A program made the position numbers and the translations under genes. Shown here piece after piece: positions 60,777 to 64,000 of a stretch of 64,000 bases of DNA; the first letter of the stretch is position 1, and the number at the start of each line of letters is the position of its first letter. Origin of the DNA: Candidatus Nomurabacteria bacterium (GTDB lineage: Bacteria > Patescibacteriota > Minisyncoccia > Phycocordibacterales > UBA918); the NCBI GenBank assembly GCA_020632095.1, contig JACKGF010000001.1, positions 198,549 to 262,548 on the forward strand, read 5' to 3'. The notes under the pieces are model-generated. The model was not told the DNA's origin, ran no database searches, and was given only the letters and a program-made list of their open reading frames with translations.

Positions 60777-62238
60777 AACACAACCTATAGTCACCAGATT
60801 TGCCCCTTCACCAACCGGCTTTATGCATATTGGTGGGGTACGGACAGCACTATTTGCTTATCTTTTTGCCCGTAAAAATAACGGTACTTTTATATTACGT
60901 ATTGAAGACACCGACAAGTCACGTGAAGTTACTGGTTCAATTGAACACATTCAAGAATCACTTAAATGGATTGGAATTGATTGGGACTATGGTCCCACCA
61001 ACCCAGGTAAATACGGCTCATGCTTACAATCAGACCGGCTAGATATCTATAAAAGCTACGCGCTTAAACTTATTGAAAAAGGGCTAGCATATCCTGACCC
61101 TTACACCGCTGCAGAAATGACCACCTTTCGTGAATTAGCAGACACAGAAAAAAGGCCATTTCTATACCGCAACCACCGACCAACCGAATTCGGTGAGTGG
61201 GATGGTACGGAGCCACTGCGGTTTAAAGTACCTGAAATCAAACGCTACACTTGGCAGGACCAAGTCCGCGGCGAACTAACCGCCGGCGAAGAAATGCTCG
61301 ATGATTTTATTATCATGAAATCTGATGGTTACCCAACCTACAACTTCGCTCATATTGTTGATGACCTAGAAATGGAAGTAACTCATGTCATGAGGGGAGA
61401 AGAATTTATTTCTAGCATGCCGAAATTTCTTAGCTTGTATGATGCATTAGAAATTCCTTACCCAATCTTCGTCACTCTACCACCCATCATGGGACCAGAC
61501 GGAAAGAAAAAACTTAGTAAGCGAGACGGTGCTAAAGATTTATTGGAGTATAAAAATGACGGTTACCTACCTGAAGCAATGCGAAATTTTCTCGCCTTAA
61601 TTGGCTGGAACCCGGGCGGAGAACAAGAAATATTTCCCAGTAACGAATCTGACAAAAGCTTATTCGATGCCTTTAGCTTAGAAAAAATCCAACGCTCGGG
61701 TGGAGCTTGCAACGAAGAAAAACTTCGTTGGATGAATCGTCAATACTTAGAGACACAATCTATCGATTTTCAAAACCAATACTTACTCGAAGCTATACCA
61801 GATTCTATAAAATCGCTATCCCAATACAGTGACGAAAAACTTCTGAAGATGCGTCCAATAATTTTTGAGCGTATTCACAACAAAGTTGAAATTAGGGCCG
61901 CCGCCGAAGCAGGGGAGTATGACTACGCTTTTTCAACACCAAAATACGAAACAGAAATACTTAAGTGGAAGAATGATGATTCAGTCAGTAGCGCAGTACC
62001 GAGACTGGAAAAAGCTCTAGAAATACTGTCAGAAGCCGATTTTGACTCTACAGACACTATTAAATTAGCCTTATGGCCCTACGCTGAGGAAGTAGGGAAG
62101 GGCGAGTTGTTGTGGCCACTACGGACCGCGCTCTCAGGCCGAACACAGTCCCCAGACCCTTTTAACATTGCTTATATTATCGGAAAAGAGGAAACTATCT
62201 CCCGAATCAAAACAGCATGTGATAAAATAAGAGGGTAA
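60766..62238 (+). CDS. gltX: glutamyl-tRNA synthetase
   Basis: HIGH motif (PSPTGFMHIGG) and KLSKR. Confidence 0.9.
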   Translation: MDHKTQPIVTRFAPSPTGFMHIGGVRTALFAYLFARKNNGTFILRIEDTDKSREVTGSIEHIQESLKWIGIDWDYGPTNPGKYGSCLQSDRLDIYKSYALKLIEKGLAYPDPYTAAEMTTFRELADTEKRPFLYRNHRPTEFGEWDGTEPLRFKVPEIKRYTWQDQVRGELTAGEEMLDDFIIMKSDGYPTYNFAHIVDDLEMEVTHVMRGEEFISSMPKFLSLYDALEIPYPIFVTLPPIMGPDGKKKLSKRDGAKDLLEYKNDGYLPEAMRNFLALIGWNPGGEQEIFPSNESDKSLFDAFSLEKIQRSGGACNEEKLRWMNRQYLETQSIDFQNQYLLEAIPDSIKSLSQYSDEKLLKMRPIIFERIHNKVEIRAAAEAGEYDYAFSTPKYETEILKWKNDDSVSSAVPRLEKALEILSEADFDSTDTIKLALWPYAEEVGKGELLWPLRTALSGRTQSPDPFNIAYIIGKEETISRIKTACDKIRG

Positions 62239-63545
62239 TGCACAAGAGACTGTTCGTAGCCTTTTTAATTGGGGTTTTATTGCCACAAATATTACTTGTC
62301 ACTCCGCCAAGTGTTTTTGCAGAGTCTGAAATTGATAAACTTAAAACCCAAATTCAAGATCGTGGTGACAGACTAGCTGAGATCGAAGCTGAAATCGCCA
62401 AATTTGAAAACGAACTAACAAAAGTAGGTGGCGAAAAGAAGACCTTGCAATCAGCCATCAACAAACTTGAAATCGAACGCAAAAAAGTAAATGCTGAAAT
62501 CACTCGCACAGAAAATCTAATTACTTCCACTGATCTAGAAATCAATAAGTTAATTCTAGAGATAAACCGAACTGAAGATGATATAGCCAAAACTGAAGCC
62601 GCTATTGGTGCAATTATTCGAGCCGAGTATAAAGCAGGGAATGAAAGCTTGGTCGAGTTAGTCTTAGAACACGATAGACTGTCAGAAGTTTGGAGCACTT
62701 TTGGGGCTTTCGAAAATATTCGTAATACTTTATCTTCTAAAGTATCAGAACTGGGTACTTTCCATGATTTGTTAGAAGAACAAAGAGGTACTAGCCTGAA
62801 CAAACGAAAAGAGTTAAGTTCTCTTAAAAACCAATACTCAGGACAAAGTGAAGTTTTAGTAAACAACAAACAAGAGCAAGCAAAACTACTTGAAGTTACC
62901 AAGAGTGAAGAGCGAACCTATCAACAACTCCTAGCCGAACAAAAAACTGCTCAGGAACAAATTCTTAAAGAATTGCGTGACTTTGAGTCAAAACTCCAAT
63001 TTTATCTTGATCCAAGCACCGTGCCAGTACCAGGTACTCAAGTTTTCTCTTGGCCTTTAGCCAGCTTTGTTGTTACTCAATATTTTGGAGGTACAGAGTT
63101 TGCTGCTCGTAATGCTTCCGTCTATGGTGGTCGCGCCTATCACCCTGGGGTCGACTTGGGCGCACCTCGTGGCACTCCTATTCTAGCTCCACTAACCGGA
63201 ACAGTAAGAGCTATTGGTAACACTGACGCAGTACCAGGATGCTATTCTTGGGGTAAATGGACTCTGATTGATCACGCCAACGGACTCTCTACGCTCTACG
63301 CTCACCAAGATGTGATTGGGGTTTCACCGGGCCAAAAAGTTAACACTGGTGACATTATTGGCTACGTCGGCAACACTGGCTACTCGACTGGACCACACCT
63401 ACACTTTACAGTTTATGCCAAAGGCGGAGTAACTGTGCGTAAATTTAACGAAATCAAGACTGTTACTAGCTGTGGCCCAGCCACCACCCCAATCGCCGCT
63501 ACTGACGCCTACCTTGATCCAATGCTTTATTTACCTCCAGAGTAA
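62238..63545 (+). CDS. M23 (LytM) peptidase with N-terminal coiled coil (EnvC-like)
   Basis: Signal/TM, a long coiled coil, YHPGVDLGAP...GYSTGPHLHFTVY M23 motifs. Confidence 0.8.
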   Translation: MHKRLFVAFLIGVLLPQILLVTPPSVFAESEIDKLKTQIQDRGDRLAEIEAEIAKFENELTKVGGEKKTLQSAINKLEIERKKVNAEITRTENLITSTDLEINKLILEINRTEDDIAKTEAAIGAIIRAEYKAGNESLVELVLEHDRLSEVWSTFGAFENIRNTLSSKVSELGTFHDLLEEQRGTSLNKRKELSSLKNQYSGQSEVLVNNKQEQAKLLEVTKSEERTYQQLLAEQKTAQEQILKELRDFESKLQFYLDPSTVPVPGTQVFSWPLASFVVTQYFGGTEFAARNASVYGGRAYHPGVDLGAPRGTPILAPLTGTVRAIGNTDAVPGCYSWGKWTLIDHANGLSTLYAHQDVIGVSPGQKVNTGDIIGYVGNTGYSTGPHLHFTVYAKGGVTVRKFNEIKTVTSCGPATTPIAATDAYLDPMLYLPPE

Positions 63546-63560
63546 AAATAGTAGAGATAT

Positions 63561-63597
63561 GAAACAGCTCTCATGATGATGGGCTGTTTTTGTATTC
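63561..63597 (+). terminator. hairpin terminator
   Basis: aacagc...gctgtt followed by tttg. Confidence 0.4.
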
Positions 63598-63632
63598 ATT
63601 ATTACTTCATCAACAAATGCTATAATGTTTAA

Positions 63633-64000
63633 ATGCCCAATATTTCAGCCACACAAATTATTATTTTAGGGGGTGGTGGTGACTTGAGTCAGCGCAAACT
63701 ACTGCCAGCCTTACTTGATTTATTCACCAGAAAGAAACTGCCAGAAACTTTCAATATTATTGGTCTAGCCCGTACCCCGAGGACAGACGAACAGTACCGC
63801 CAATTTGTCGCTGAAGCGATTGAAGCCCACTGTACCAACCATAATCACACTCTTCAAAATGTAATGGATTTTTGTGAACATGTTTCTTATGTTCAAGGTT
63901 CGTTTGACGACATCGAAAGTTATCACCGGTTAAATGAAGCTATCTCAAATTTTGATTCAACAAACTCTATAGCTTGCAATCGGCTGTTCTACCTAGCGGT
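63633..64000 (+). CDS. zwf: glucose-6-phosphate dehydrogenase, 5' part (continues beyond the window)
   Basis: ILGGGGDLSQRKLLPALLDL NAD(P)-binding motif of G6PD. Confidence 0.75.
   Translation, partial: MPNISATQIIILGGGGDLSQRKLLPALLDLFTRKKLPETFNIIGLARTPRTDEQYRQFVAEAIEAHCTNHNHTLQNVMDFCEHVSYVQGSFDDIESYHRLNEAISNFDSTNSIACNRLFYLA

Overview
This 64-kb window is from a low-GC (~40%) bacterial chromosome with standard stop-codon usage. The gene content looks like a reduced-genome Patescibacteria/CPR-like lineage, which is inference only: truncated AlaRS and AspRS, Zn-less L36, many leaderless-looking promoters.

The backbone is housekeeping:
- leuS, mltG, mnmA.
- A complete minus-strand F-type ATP synthase operon (atpZ/I-like, B, E, F, A, G, D, C) with no delta subunit.
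- One intact IS30-family element, then alaS.
- The cluster infA-rpmJ-rpsM-rpsK-rpsD-rpoA-rplQ-rplM-rpsI.
- grpE-dnaK-dnaJ, yigZ, speH plus a PurD-like ATP-grasp gene, an orphan histidine kinase, trpS.
- A T-box-like leader ahead of aspS, then pepA, scpAB, dacA-mraY-ftsW-murG, gltX, an EnvC-like M23 peptidase, and the 5' end of zwf.

The most unusual locus is an about 2.9-kb block of higher GC (33.8-36.7 kb) just upstream of grpE:
- A duplicated copy of the grpE promoter and first codons flanks the insertion.
- A 1.78-kb segment inside is bounded by 45-bp terminal inverted repeats.
- Tandem 22-bp iteron-like repeats sit outside the left end.
- A symmetric divergent promoter/operator lies between two cargo genes.
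- It carries four small ORFs of unknown function and no recognisable transposase.

Other accessory signals:
- A microhomology-mediated duplication fuses the dnaJ 3' end and terminator to a 5' copy of yigZ, with an IS30 end remnant beside it.
- A nucleic-acid-enzyme cluster sits at 9.7-13.3 kb: ATP-cone/Mrr-like endonuclease, Cas4-like Fe-S nuclease, MGMT-like protein, stand-alone SpoT-type HD hydrolase.
- A compositionally foreign PD-(D/E)xK-like gene lies next to an IS30 N-terminal remnant at 54.2-55.1 kb.

No rRNA, tRNA or CRISPR array was found.
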